DNA of 64,000 bases from Eledone cirrhosa. Its lineage: Eukaryota. Within the stretch, counting starts at the first letter, position 1. Every line of letters begins with the position of its first letter. The translations under genes were made by a program, and so were the position numbers. The DNA is taken from positions 7,254,001 to 7,318,000 of the forward strand of contig OZ024751.1 of assembly GCA_964016885.1 (NCBI GenBank), given 5' to 3'. The notes under the pieces are model-generated. The model made no database searches. It had not been told where the DNA came from and saw only the letters and a list, made by a program, of their open reading frames with translations. Shown here piece by piece: positions 1 to 11,872 of this stretch.

Positions 1-618
1 ACCTAGGAGATCAGATTAGCATGGGAGGAGGGTGTTCCGAGGCCATAGTATCTAGAATAAGGACGGGTTGGAAGAAGTTTAGGGAGCTGCTTCCTCTGTT
101 GACGAAGAAGGGTTTCTCCCTGCGTACGAAAGGCCGGTTGTATGATGCCTGTGTGAGGAGCGCGATGCTGCATGGTAGTGAGACATGGGCAGCTACCGCA
201 GAAGATATGCGACGGCTGGAGAGAAATGAGGCAAGCATGCTCCGTTGGATGTGCAGTGTAAATGTGCGTGAACGACCCAGCATAAATGTGTTGAGAGAGA
301 AACTGTGTCTGAGAGGGATAGAATGTAGTGTACGGGAGAGGAGACTGAGGTGGTATGGACATGTGATGCGCATGGAGGATGACCGATGGGTGAAGAAGTG
401 CCAGGAAATGCCAGTTGAAGGAAGACGTGGTAGAGGTAGACCACGAAAAACATGGGCGGAGGTGGTGAGAACAGACCTCAGATCATTGAAGCTCACGGTG
501 GAGATGACGAGGGACCGTGACGAGTGGAGAGATGCTGTGCTGAATAAGACCCGTCCCACCCTTGCAAGCAGGGAAAAGCGGACGTAAAATGATGATGATG
601 ATGATGATGATGATGATG
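1..618 (+). mobile_element. RTE-clade LINE, 3' end (RT C-terminal region) with (GAT)n tail; runs off the window start
   Basis: ORF 21-587 has RTE C-terminal motifs (KGRLYDACVRSAMLHGSETW, RRLRWYGHVMR, RGRGRPRKTW). The stop is followed directly by (GAT)n at 589-618. Confidence 0.9.
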
Positions 619-659
619 TATATATATATATATATACGTATATGTATATGTATATCTAT

Positions 660-2320
660 ATATATATATAGAAAAGATGAACATAAAATGAAAGTGCTTT
701 TTTTGAAAAGGAATTTATTAGGTATTGACATATGTTTCTGTAACAGACGGAATACCTATGTATCGCTGCTTGCGTAATCATAAAAGGTTAGCAAGTATTC
801 GATAGCAAATGTATAATCAGTTGTCACTTCTTCAGAGATTTTGGATAAATTGGATAAGATAAGAAAAATTGAAGTATTTATATTAGTAATAGAGGAAGAA
901 GGGGATAGTATATGACAGATGGTAATTCAATTTACTGCTAAACAAGTATATAAAGGGTTTCTAATGAGAATACCATGAGTAAATGGTTCATTTCATCTAA
1001 ATAAGAATTTTTGGGAGTGCCAATTTTAATCTCTACTTGACCAATTGGACAGTGGACAGGGCTGGTCATTTGGTGTAGTAGTATTAATTATAAAGTGACA
1101 ATTGGGGAAGGGGGAGATTTCGATTGCTACTGAATAACATACATGCTAGTAGCCAGCTGGTATATGCATTAGGGAATTGAATTAAGAAATCAGAAATCTC
1201 ATTTTATCTATAGCAGGTGATATTAAATGGTAAATAATAGAAGAGTTGATAGAATTAAGACTAATTGAGAATGTTAATATCTATTTTGACAATCAAACGG
1301 AGATAGAGACAGGCGTTCAATCCTGGTAGTATTTATAATATGAAAATGTAGATTTTAAGCGATGGTTACAGTATAACGATCGCTCTATTCTGTTATTTAA
1401 TAAAATGTTTTTGGATTTCATAATACAAAATAATTCCACATTACATAATTTACAAAATTCCTGTCCGTTGGAATATGGGGGGGGGGGGGGGGGGGGCATC
1501 CGCTATTATATCCCATTTTAGGTGAAACTGTTGGTTATTTTTACACAGCTGCCAAGCCTTGTCTGCGAGTGTTGTTACATAACGCTGGTTTTCATGTTTT
1601 ATCGAGTAACGATGTCGATAAAGGCGTGATTTGAAGGAGGCGGCTGTAGATCCCACATAGTACCACTTCTGTCTATCCGATTCGATAGTACATTTGTATA
1701 CGATGTTGCGTTCAAGACACTGATTGTTCAACGGACACACTCCTGGTTGGACACAGTTGCAATTATAATTTTGCGTTGTTGTATTGTCATGAATGGGTTG
1801 ATGAGGTTGCTTAGGTAGGACAGGATGTTGTTTGTTGTTTTGTGATGTTATAGCTAATGTTTTACGTGTATTGTTATGTGTTGGAAGGCGTTTATACAAC
1901 CGTTTTGCGTTAAGCTTTTTTATATGTTGTTCAATATTAGGGGCGGTTGAATATGAAAGTCGAATAGTGTTAGGGTTTAAGATTTGATTATATTTATGTG
2001 ATGTTGGAAAGTGTTTTTTAACTAATCGAAAGAATTGTGAGGGTAGATTGGTTTTAATAGAGTTGCTATAGACCGGGTTGTACCAAATATACTCTTTACA
2101 TCGCTTTCTGTTTGGTGGTGTGCGACTATTATTGTGTCTATTGCGGTAGTGTATGTATGGTGGTGATTCTGTGCTATTTCTACTCCTATGGGATTTATTT
2201 TGGGTGTTTTGGTGATCTTCGACTATATACTCTATATTATCTAGGTGTCCGACTTTCCTAAGTGCATGATCATAATATTCGGCATGTTCTTTGAAGGTTT
2301 GTTGGTTGGACGACAGACGA
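660..2320 (-). mobile_element. Penelope-like element, 5'-truncated: RT thumb/linker, GIY-YIG endonuclease and 3' region
   Basis: ORF 1450-2394 contains WYNPVYSNSIKTN...KKHFP...IRLSYS, CNC-x-CPL-x-CL, IVYKC and YYVGST (GIY-YIG). It continues after a frameshift in the G-run as PYSNGQEFCKLC (ORF 1317-1499). Confidence 0.88.
719..758 (-). ncRNA. Decayed type I hammerhead remnant in the PLE 3' region
   Basis: Minus strand reads TAGGTATT-[CCGTCTGTTACA]-GAAAC-ATAT-GTC-AATACCTA: 8-bp stem I, palindromic stem III and a GUC triplet, but the CUGANGA core is disrupted. Confidence 0.4.
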
Positions 2321-2499
2321 TATTTATATATATACATACAGGTACACATACAAGAAAAAAAAAAAAAAAAAAGGTGACGTGGTTGCCTTAACACCGTACG
2401 GCATAAATTCAGGCTGTTCAGTTTGTTTACAAACGAACAAAGCGGGCGTTATAATAAGCGTCCGCTAAACTGATACGTACATATATGTATGTGTACCTG

Positions 2500-2545
<46 letters not shown>

Positions 2546-2781
2546 TGCTACTGTACGTCTGTATACATATATGTATGTACGTATACATACATACTTACAT
2601 TTAAGTAAGTGCCGTATTAAGAGTGAGAAATGAAATTTCGTTTCATTTTATTACAACTTATCGTTTTCAGTACGCCTGACCGACAGAACTCACTCGATAT
2701 GCAAATTAGACTGCTCAGCCGTTAATTTTCATAAGGAAAGTATATACTTTCGAACGTTTAACCATCTGGCAGAAGGGATTA

Positions 2782-2822
2782 CGGTGCTGATGATAGCTAA
2801 CAAGCTTGAAACTAGTACATCG
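2782..2822 (+). ncRNA. Type I hammerhead ribozyme (family A, copy 1)
   Basis: CGGTG-CTGATGA-T-AGCT-AACA-AGCT-T-GAAAC-TA-GTA-CATCG; predicted cleavage after GUA at 2817. Confidence 0.85.
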
Positions 2823-2978
2823 TTCCTGTGTCAGTGTTGAGCAAAAAGGTGACGTGGTTGCCTTAACACCGTACGGCATAAATTCAGGCTGTTCAGTTTG
2901 TTTACAAACGAACAAAGCGGGCGTTATAATAAGCGTCCGCTAAACTGATACGTACATATATGTATGTGTACCTGTATG

Positions 2979-3028
<50 letters not shown>

Positions 3029-3263
3029 TTCTACTGTACGTCTGTATACATATATGTATGTACGTATACATACATACTTACATTTAAGTAAGTGCCGTTT
3101 AAGAGTGAGAAATGAAATTTCGTTTCATTTTATTACAACTTATCGTTTTCAGTACGCCTGACCGACAGAACTCACTCGATATGCAAATTAGACTGCTCAG
3201 CCGTTAATTTTCATAAGGAAAGTATATACTTTCGAACGTTCAACCATCTGGCAGAAGGGTATA

Positions 3264-3304
3264 CGGTGCTGATGATAGCTAACAAGCTTGAAACTAGTAC
3301 ATCG
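3264..3304 (+). ncRNA. Type I hammerhead ribozyme (family A, copy 2)
   Basis: Identical to 2782-2822; predicted cleavage after 3299. Confidence 0.85.
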
Positions 3305-3460
3305 TTCCTGTGTCAGTGTTGAGCAAAAAGGTGACGTGGTTGCCTTAACACCGTACGGCATAAATTCAGGCTGTTCAGTTTGTTTACAAACGAACAAAGC
3401 GGGCGTTATAATAAGCGTCCGCTAAACTGATACGTACATATATGTATGTGTACCTGTATG

Positions 3461-3528
<68 letters not shown>

Positions 3529-3763
3529 TTCTACTGTACGTCTGTATACATATATGTATGTACGTATACATACATACTTACATTTAAGTAAGTGCCGTTT
3601 AAGAGTGAGAAATGAAATTTCGTTTCATTTTATTACAACTTATCGTTTTCAGTACGCCTGACCGACAGAACTCACTCGATATGCAAATTAGACTGCTCAG
3701 CCGTTAATTTTCATAAGGAAAGTATATACTTTCGAACGTTCAACCATCTGGCAGAAGGGTATA

Positions 3764-3804
3764 CGGTGCTGATGATAGCTAACAAGCTTGAAACTAGTAC
3801 ATCG
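3764..3804 (+). ncRNA. Type I hammerhead ribozyme (family A, copy 3)
   Basis: Identical to 2782-2822; predicted cleavage after 3799. Confidence 0.85.
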
Positions 3805-3956
3805 TTCCTGTGTCAGTGTTGAGCAAAAAGGTGACGTGGTTGCCTTAACACCGTACGGCATAAATTCAGGCTGTTCATTTTGTTTACAAACGAACAAAGC
3901 GGGCGTTATAATAAGCGTCCGCTAAACTGATACGTACATATATGTATGTGTACCTG

Positions 3957-3994
<38 letters not shown>

Positions 3995-4050
3995 TGCTAC
4001 TGTACGTCTGTATACATATATGTATGTACGTATACATACATACTTACATA

Positions 4051-4080
4051 TATATATATACGTATATGCATAAATATACG

Positions 4081-4163
<83 letters not shown>

Positions 4164-4286
4164 GTATATGTATATGTATATATATATGTATATATATATA
4201 TATATATATGTATATGTATATATATATGTATATATATATATATATATACGTATATGTATATATATACGTATATGTATATGTATATA

Positions 4287-4320
<34 letters not shown>

Positions 4321-4350
4321 CGTATATGTATATATATACGTATATGTATA

Positions 4351-4384
<34 letters not shown>

Positions 4385-4398
4385 CGTATATGTATATA

Positions 4399-4477
<79 letters not shown>

Positions 4478-4496
4478 GTAGATGTATATGTATACG

Positions 4497-4536
<40 letters not shown>
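4051..4536. repeat. Interrupted (TA)n microsatellite
   Basis: About 490 bp of TA repeats with TG/CG interruptions. Confidence 0.97.
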
Positions 4537-4542
<6 letters not shown>

Positions 4543-4553
4543 TAACAGATTAA

Positions 4554-4604
4554 AGTTTAAGCAAAGAATCGCTGCTTTCACCCTTAACGGGATCCTCTGA
4601 AACT
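4554..4604 (-). ncRNA. Hammerhead-like motif with U4A core variant (family C)
   Basis: Minus strand: AGTTT-CAGAGGA-T-CCC-GTTAA-GGG-T-GAA-AGCAG-CGATTCT-TTGCT-T-AAACT. All three stems form; the triplet is CUU. Confidence 0.62.
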
Positions 4605-5437
4605 AGAAAAATCAAGTAAATATTTCAAAAATCGTTGCAACCTAAGGAAGACAGGAAGATGATACTTTGGTTCCTGGAAACGTTTCCTGGCAAAGAACGG
4701 AAAAAATGAAGATAATACGTCATAATTAGGAGCGGGGAAAACAATTACACGCAAAGACAAAACCAGATTTATTGTATAAATGAAGACGTAGACTAATATT
4801 CTATTAGATGCTTCGTGGAGACGTTCCCTGGCAAAGAACGGAAAAAACGATGATAATACGTCATTATGTGGAACGTTGAGACTAATTACACGCAAAGACA
4901 AAACCACGTTTATGATATAACTGAAGTCGTAGACTAAAATTCTATTTAGGAAACCGAATAATTCTCGGCTTCAGAGTTGAGAATAATGTAAATAAATTAC
5001 AGAGGTAAATTAAATCAACAAAAAATTAAATATATGCATGCACGCATCGATATACGTACATAAACATGCATACGCGAAAACACCCGCCATGGGTATGCAA
5101 ATGCAAGCACGTACACAAAAAACCACGCACGTACATACAGAACTCGCGCAATGCCTGTACCCCCATGCATACGAACTTATACACCAAATACACATAAACA
5201 CATATATATATTATAAAAAAATAGAATATTATTCTACGACGTCATTTATACCATAAACGTGGTTTTGTCTTTGCGTGTAATTGTTTTCACCGCTCCTAAT
5301 AATGACGTACTATCTTCATTTTTTTTCCGTTCTTTGTCAGGGAACGTTTCCACGAACCAATGTATCGTCTTCCTGTCTTCCTCCGGTTGCAACTTTTTTC
5401 GAAATATTTATTCTACGTTTACAGACTGATGTTTTTC

Positions 5438-5486
5438 GTTTCAGAAGATCCCGTTAAGGGTGAAAGCAGCGATTGTTTGCTTAAAC
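5438..5486 (+). ncRNA. Hammerhead-like motif with U4A core variant (family C)
   Basis: GTTT-CAGAAGA-T-CCC-GTTAA-GGG-T-GAA-AGCAG-CGATTGT-TTGCT-T-AAAC. Confidence 0.62.
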
Positions 5487-5597
5487 TTTAATCTGTTATT
5501 TTAATAAATATTTGCTTTACGGTTCTTATATATTTGATATATATTTATCTTTATCGAGCCCTCTTTGGATTTTAGTCTTCTAATTTATTATTCTTAC

Positions 5598-5669
<72 letters not shown>

Positions 5670-5804
5670 GAGTCTAACTGTATTGGAACACTTGGTCGAA
5701 ACCGTATTGAATAATAAATAGCATTTCGAATTGCAACAAATGCTGCCTAGTTGTTTTCTAATACCCTGTTCATGTGTGTGTGTGTGTGAAAATTGTGCAT
5801 GTAT

Positions 5805-6866
5805 ATCTTCTTGGTTGTCCATCGTAAACGATGATGACATCTTTATTTTAGTTCCCGTCTGCCGTGGGCACGAAGGTGGCTGTGGAGGCACATCCTTGTC
5901 TTGCAGGTCTGGGGACAGTGGGGCAGGGGAGAAACCGGAGTCGCTTGGGGCAGCTGTTGATGCCTTTCTCCTGCTTTCACGGGTCGCAGTGTCTCTTCTC
6001 TTGAAATGAGTCTTTGGCGCGTCTGGTAAAGGCTCGCCATACAGTCCTGTCCTGAGAATGGGACTCGAGTTGTTTTGGGGCGATTCCAGTACTGTTGATA
6101 CTGGAATTCACGCAGTCTTTGAACCTTTTGAGAAGCCTGCCGCCCTTTCGTCTCCCGAACAGAGTTCCCCATACACCAGTTGCTTCGGAAGCCTGTGATC
6201 ATCCATCCAGATGACAAGTCCCACCCATCGAAGTCGGCTCTGCAGTATCATAGCTTCCACACTTAGCCATGTCAAGAACTTCGAGGTTGGAGACCTTGTC
6301 CTGCCATTTGATGTTCATGATTGACTGCAGGCTGCGCATGTGGAACTGTTCCAGCTGTTTCAGGTGCCTTCTGTACAGGGTCCGTGTCTCACATCCATAG
6401 AGGAGGCTGGTGAGAACTACGGCCCTGTACACCTTGAGCTTGGTGGACTGCCTGATGTTGTGCTGGTTCAGGACGCGTGATTACCAGGGTGTGGCTGCTG
6501 TCGTATACTACAGCTTCTTGGGGCCACAGGTGAGAGCCGAGTTTCTCGTGGAACCCAATGCAGGACGAGCTGTCCTGAAAAGGGCATGGCTATCCCACCC
6601 CCTACAGAGGTCATGCCCCTCGCTGAGACCCCAGGCATATACACACGTATATACATACATATTTACACACTTTTGGATGGCCGATGACTCTTATCAGTTC
6701 TTCCGCCCTTTGTCAGGTTTTGTTTTTTGTCCTGCAGGATATCCAAAATCACCCTCCCCGCCAAATAAACCTGGTGAGGTTGCCAGTTTAGTCGCCGACG
6801 ACCCGACCATGCGACAGCTTGTACTGGTTTACATGTTACCAGTTGCACTCAGGAGTGACCTGACAC
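5805..6866 (-). mobile_element. Internally deleted (bipartite) RTE-BovB-like non-autonomous LINE: putative 5' leader fused to the ORF 3' end
   Basis: 6480-5830 encodes [17 protein letters not shown]...LEQFHMRSLQSIMNIKWQDKVSNLEVL and ends in an RTE-type 3' terminus (CATCATCGTTTACGATGGACAACCAAGAAGA). 6866-6480 is GC-richer non-coding sequence, part of which recurs at 24448-24622. Confidence 0.7.
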
Positions 6867-6867
6867 T

Positions 6868-7115
<248 letters not shown>

Positions 7116-9117
7116 CATGCAACATTTTCTTTCGTACATACATATCACCCTTTCATTCAGAGGCAATCAACCGAGTAACTGAGTGTGTGCAATTATATAT
7201 ACTTTAATATGTATTGTGTATCCTTATTATATTTCTCTGATATTATGTTTCATTTTCCCTATTTACAAAACTGCCATACATATTTTAAAGATTAACGATT
7301 AATTGGTTCTGCTTACAGCGATATTGCTGAGTGAGTAAGTTAAGAACTAGAAATGGCTTGACGAATAGCAGTAGACAGTATGAAAATATATTAAAGACAT
7401 CAGCAAAGTATATTGTTTGAAGAAACAAGATTGTGAAATCTGGAAATATCCATCATTTATGATTCACATTTCTATTGCAGAAAGAAAATTGTTTCCTCTC
7501 TTTTTCAAAATTGCAACTCAGAACATTTATGGCAGTGAATTGCATATTTAATGTTCACTGATAATCACTGTTCGATTATATTGCTAAAGATTGTTCTTGA
7601 GTTTCTTAACGATAGTTTATATAGAAATATATAGATATTGACCATTTTGAGACGAACATTTCCCATTTGTAGTGGCGACCACTCAGTACGTTGCCGACAG
7701 CAAAGGAAATTCGGAAGTTGGCTTTAGATGTTAAATGATAATCGCTATCACACAGACGCATATTAATTTCCGGTAATGGAAAAGAGTGATGATGTTTCTC
7801 TTCAAACGAAGTGATTTAATTCTATTGTGAGTTAATTCTTTAATTGTTAACCTTTAAAATGTTAAATTATTCTTTATCATAAACCAATCTAGTGCCAGGA
7901 AGATTTCTTCTTCATGTGACGTTCAGTATGTGAACAAAGAAATGCATTTTAAAAAATCTGAATATTGATTTATTTTCCAATAAACGCAAATAACCGGTAT
8001 TTTAAACGAATGAGACTCTGACATTATCACGTTTATACTTTTTCCAAAGATATTTGGGGTGTGAGAGATTCAGGAAAATGTGAGAATTTATATCTTGTAT
8101 AAACAAGTAACTTGTTATTGCGCACAAGTATGTTTAAAAATAATACACTCTTTCTATTTCCCCCTACAGTTAACTTGAAACAGTATTTATGAACGTAAAA
8201 TTAAGATTTATGGCGTCGCAATGGTCAAAGTGTTTAGATCTGCAGGGTCGTCATTTAATACTGATTTCTAATGTAACAGCTAATTTTCATTAAAATATAT
8301 GTGTTCATTAGATTGAAATTGGGATGACATAGAAACAGAATAATTTGCGACTTGTAAGATTAAAAGCAGAATTAACCCAAGCTTGATTTGAAATCAGTTG
8401 TTAAATAAATATAGTTTAAGAGTAGACTTTATTACTTCTTAGTAAGTCTTCACTGCCGTGATATTTCTCTTAGCCCGTAATCGTATCTTTGTTTTCGGTC
8501 TCTGGTAAGATTTGCTTAAGTATTTCAATGAAAAAACCATTCCAGTTAGGATAGCCCCACTATCACATTTAAAGCATGTAAGCTCTGATGGGTTATGCAG
8601 CATATCTTGACATGTTTACGACTCTAGAATGTAATGCCGAGGATGATTTATCAGCAACACCTAGACGGTAAAGTGAGAACGTACAGATTCTATTATTCGA
8701 ATATTATTTTCACGTCTCGACTGGAAACAAATGTTGCAAATATTCGTTACTATTCCACCATTATCAGTACATATATTCCTGGACATATTTTCAAGAATAG
8801 TTAAAGAAAATTAAATGGTCATTTTAATTAAAATCATATAAATTCGTATATGGCCATCATCATGTACTTAAACATTTTATTGGTTTTGTTATTTCACATC
8901 AGAGATGTAGTGAATTCTTGTGGTTATATTCAGGTGCTGTATTAATAAAATCCGATCAGCCCGGGTATTATAGCTAGTTTGCAGAGTTATAGGTATAGAA
9001 ATTGACATTCTTAAAAAATTTGTATCAGTTTCAGGTGTATATATGTTACTGAAAATAATATTCACTTTAATATTACAGAACCAATTACAGTAATTGCCAC
9101 TATACAACATAAAATAC

Positions 9118-9219
9118 TTGATGTTGTCGTAAGCCCTTTCAAGCCTGGTATTTGTGAATAATGAAGCTAAAGCTCTTCTAGCGAGCTCAGATGAATCAAC
9201 GTGCATCAGATCAATACAG
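9118..9219 (-). other. Possible spliced exon of a host transcript (unassigned)
   Basis: Minus strand has a branch point CTAAC, a polypyrimidine tract and CAG (9222-9220), then one open frame CIDLMHVDSSELARRALASLFTNTRLERAYDNI. The donor site is uncertain. Confidence 0.3.
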
Positions 9220-10804
9220 CTGTGAAAAATAAAGAAATGTTAGTGAGACTCCTACGTTAACAAACGTATCATTCAGCGCCCTATCTCTCTTTTCTCTCTC
9301 CTTACCTATATACCGTTCTTCATTTTTTGCAGTTAATCTCTTAATGGAGATGCGGTTTTGTGGTGCCGGAAGAAGTTATGTCACTAATGGTAATATTATA
9401 AGTGATCTGATTAAAATGAAATTCGCACTAATTCATTTAGTTTTTGACATGAATACTTCCCATTACCCTCTTCTTATTCACAACTCTTCTTCCACCCAAC
9501 ACTGCTTCAGTTTTGTACTCTCTGTAATGTTACCTCCATTGCTTTTCTACATTCTAATTGTTCTCCTCTTCTTTACAGGGATATTCGGTATTAGAAAATT
9601 TAAGTATTTTGCATCTTTTATTTTATTTTACGTTTAATTAATATTTGATGCCATTAATTTTTGTTTTCATTTTCATTTTCCAAATTTTTCTTTCTATTTT
9701 CTGCCATTTGTATATTTATGTATTTATTTGTATTATGCGTTTCTCTTTTTAACGAAATGTAATGTGAATGGGGAAATTAATTCTCTGATTAATGAATGCA
9801 GTGCTCTGAATACATGCAGTGATTTTAGTGAGCGTATATTTGTTGTGATATGATTTCTTGTTAAAATACATTCAATGAATATTGATTTACAGCCTCACTT
9901 TATTTATGTTGCACTATATCTTTAACTCCCCCTTATGCATTTAATCAAATATTTTCAAGCACTATCGTAAAGTACATAAGAATATGTTAGTGGGTATAAT
10001 TGGATTCATGAAGAATGTGAAGTTGCTAGCATGTTTGGAATATGATTGGAATCACTTAGCGATATGTTGTGTTCCTACGATTAATTTTATTTCACCTTTA
10101 CTTTTAAATATCATTTTCCCCTTTTTAATGAATGTAATGTAAGAAATGATACATTTAAAATATTCATTTATTACATAATTGTTTAGTATTTTAAATATAC
10201 AAAAAGACATGCATTGTCTCATTTGAAATAAAATATTAGTGTAAGATATTTCAATGAAGCAAATCTTGAACTTGCATCACATTATCTACATTTTCTAAGA
10301 CAAGCATTTTCTAAGTGAAATTTCATTATTTCCTCATCACTTTCATACATAATGAATATCAAAACCATCGATGCCAAATTCAATAGCCATTGCTTACGTA
10401 TAATACCACTATACTATTGCGTATAATACCACGTATAATACCACTATCTTCATTCTTTACAATGATCAGCATTTTTGGAGGCACGAGAAGCCAATAGATA
10501 TATAGAGCTTTTAAGACAACGACCCGCATTAAAGTTAGAACGTCGTAACAACGTGTCTTGCAGCATATATCCTTTGCCTAGATGTCACTGGTCAAACCTA
10601 ATTGGTTTTAATTATGTTTGTACTAGTAATTTGCGTAGCATTCATCAATCACTAATACATATTCGCTACATGCACATTTTGTAAAATGTAAGCAATCATA
10701 ATACTTTGAGGCATATAATTATGATGTTCACTCTTTATAAAATAGCTTGCATTAAATTGTTGTAATCCATTATCACCATTGTCAATTATTGATTTCTGTT
10801 ATTG

Positions 10805-10925
10805 TCACAAGGCCAGCACATATTAAGAAAGGGTAAAGTTGATTAAATCAACACCATTACTTGACTAACATTTTATTTTATGGATCTCTGAAAGACCAAA
10901 AGCAAAGTTGACCATGGTGGGTTTT
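10805..10925 (-). mobile_element. Decayed tRNA-derived SINE (octopus-type family)
   Basis: CACAAGGCCAGC...GATTAAATCAAC...GCAAAGTTGACC matches other copies in the window. Confidence 0.65.
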
Positions 10926-11607
10926 GTTGGTCTACAAATATTGACCAAATGCTTAGTGAAATTTATTTCTTAGAGATAGTTTATATTCAATCTTTCTATA
11001 TGTAAAATTATAAGGACACATATCAATATAAAGAGATGACATAACCAATTTATCTCTTTACACGAAATATATGACTTTGTCCTTCTCTCATCACTCTTAA
11101 TTTACTGTGAGAATCTTTTTTTTTTCTATCATAAAACGATAAGATAACATTAGTATGTTAAATTCTCGTGGTGTAAATTGTTTACATTATTCAAAGACGC
11201 AACTGTATTCTGATACGAATTTATTTGACATCCTTCGCTAGAGCATTTTGGGTCAAATTGTTCTGAATAACGACTCACCTCTTATAATTATCCCTACAAA
11301 TCTTGCTCTCTATAAATTTAGGTTGCATTAAGCCTATTTAAACGGTGTCTAAAATGCTACAATGCTTCTATTATGCAAACTAATTACATAATTAGAAAGA
11401 AGAGACTTTAAATTATTTGATAATACTTAGATTCTCTATAATTCTCAACAATGTTAATTACATTATTATTTAATATATAAACTAGATTATTAAAGGAAAA
11501 TAAATTAATTAACTGAAATATTAATACATGTTAAATGTTTTTTCTGTAATTGAAAAATATTATATTTATGAAATTTTGAAAGTATACTCTGTACTTAAAA
11601 CATTAGA

Positions 11608-11872
11608 AGGCCTGTGGCGTAGTGGTACGGTAGGGGGTGACTTACGATCCTAAATTCGTGGGTTTGATTCTTGGGCTGGCCTGTGTGTTTTGTTTTCGAG
11701 CAAAACACATTTCACGTTTCTTGAATATACTCAGCTGAAAATGCGTACTAGCAATTAACCCTGCGATGGACTTCCGTCCTGTCCAGGGGGAGTCTTATAC
11801 TCTCAGTCGCTCCACGCCATCAAACAGGGATAATCACCACGCTAACGAGACTTCTGGCTGAAGACAGACTTT
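11608..11872 (+). mobile_element. tRNA-derived SINE with V-domain-like core
   Basis: A-box-like TGGCGTAGTGG, B-box-like GGTTTGATTC and central CCCTGCGATGGACT...CCTGTCCAGGGG. Confidence 0.7.

Larger units (their letters stand above)
2331..4050 (+). mobile_element. Family A retrozyme-like tandem array (about 3.4 units of 475-500 bp, one HHR per complete unit)
   Basis: GGTGACGTGGTTGCC recurs with periods 475, 482 and 500. Units are near-identical except for the internal (TA)n length. A short inverted copy of unit sequence lies at 2331-2351. Confidence 0.85.
4537..5592 (+). mobile_element. Family C non-autonomous fold-back element, copy 1 (HHR-like motif in each arm)
   Basis: Arm 4537-4805 is an inverted copy of about 5221-5505. 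There is an internal ~135-bp duplication at 4810-4945. Flanked by (TA)n; a homolog lies at 45832-46437. Confidence 0.75.

Noticed and set aside
2715-3897. Three near-identical 66-aa minus-strand ORFs
   Set aside because: They simply follow the tandem unit, are antisense to the HHR, and the corresponding region is partly replaced in the A2 subfamily.
2373-4050. CRISPR-like or ordinary satellite interpretation
   Set aside because: Whole units are repeated with no unique spacers, there are no cas genes, and the context is eukaryotic.
3946-4545. Long YIYIYI/VCVC/HTHT ORFs here and at 6829-7207, 55068-55871 and 58014-58902
   Set aside because: They are translations of (TA)n/(CA)n microsatellites, which lack stop codons in these frames.
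6800-6850. Twister-like motif on the minus strand (TAA-CATG...CAG-TACAAG-CTG...CATG)
   Set aside because: Loop 4 length and the pseudoknot pairings do not fit, and TAA is not kept in the 24448 copy.
11608-11680. tRNA gene
   Set aside because: A- and B-box-like motifs are present, but no cloverleaf could be formed and it continues into SINE core sequence.
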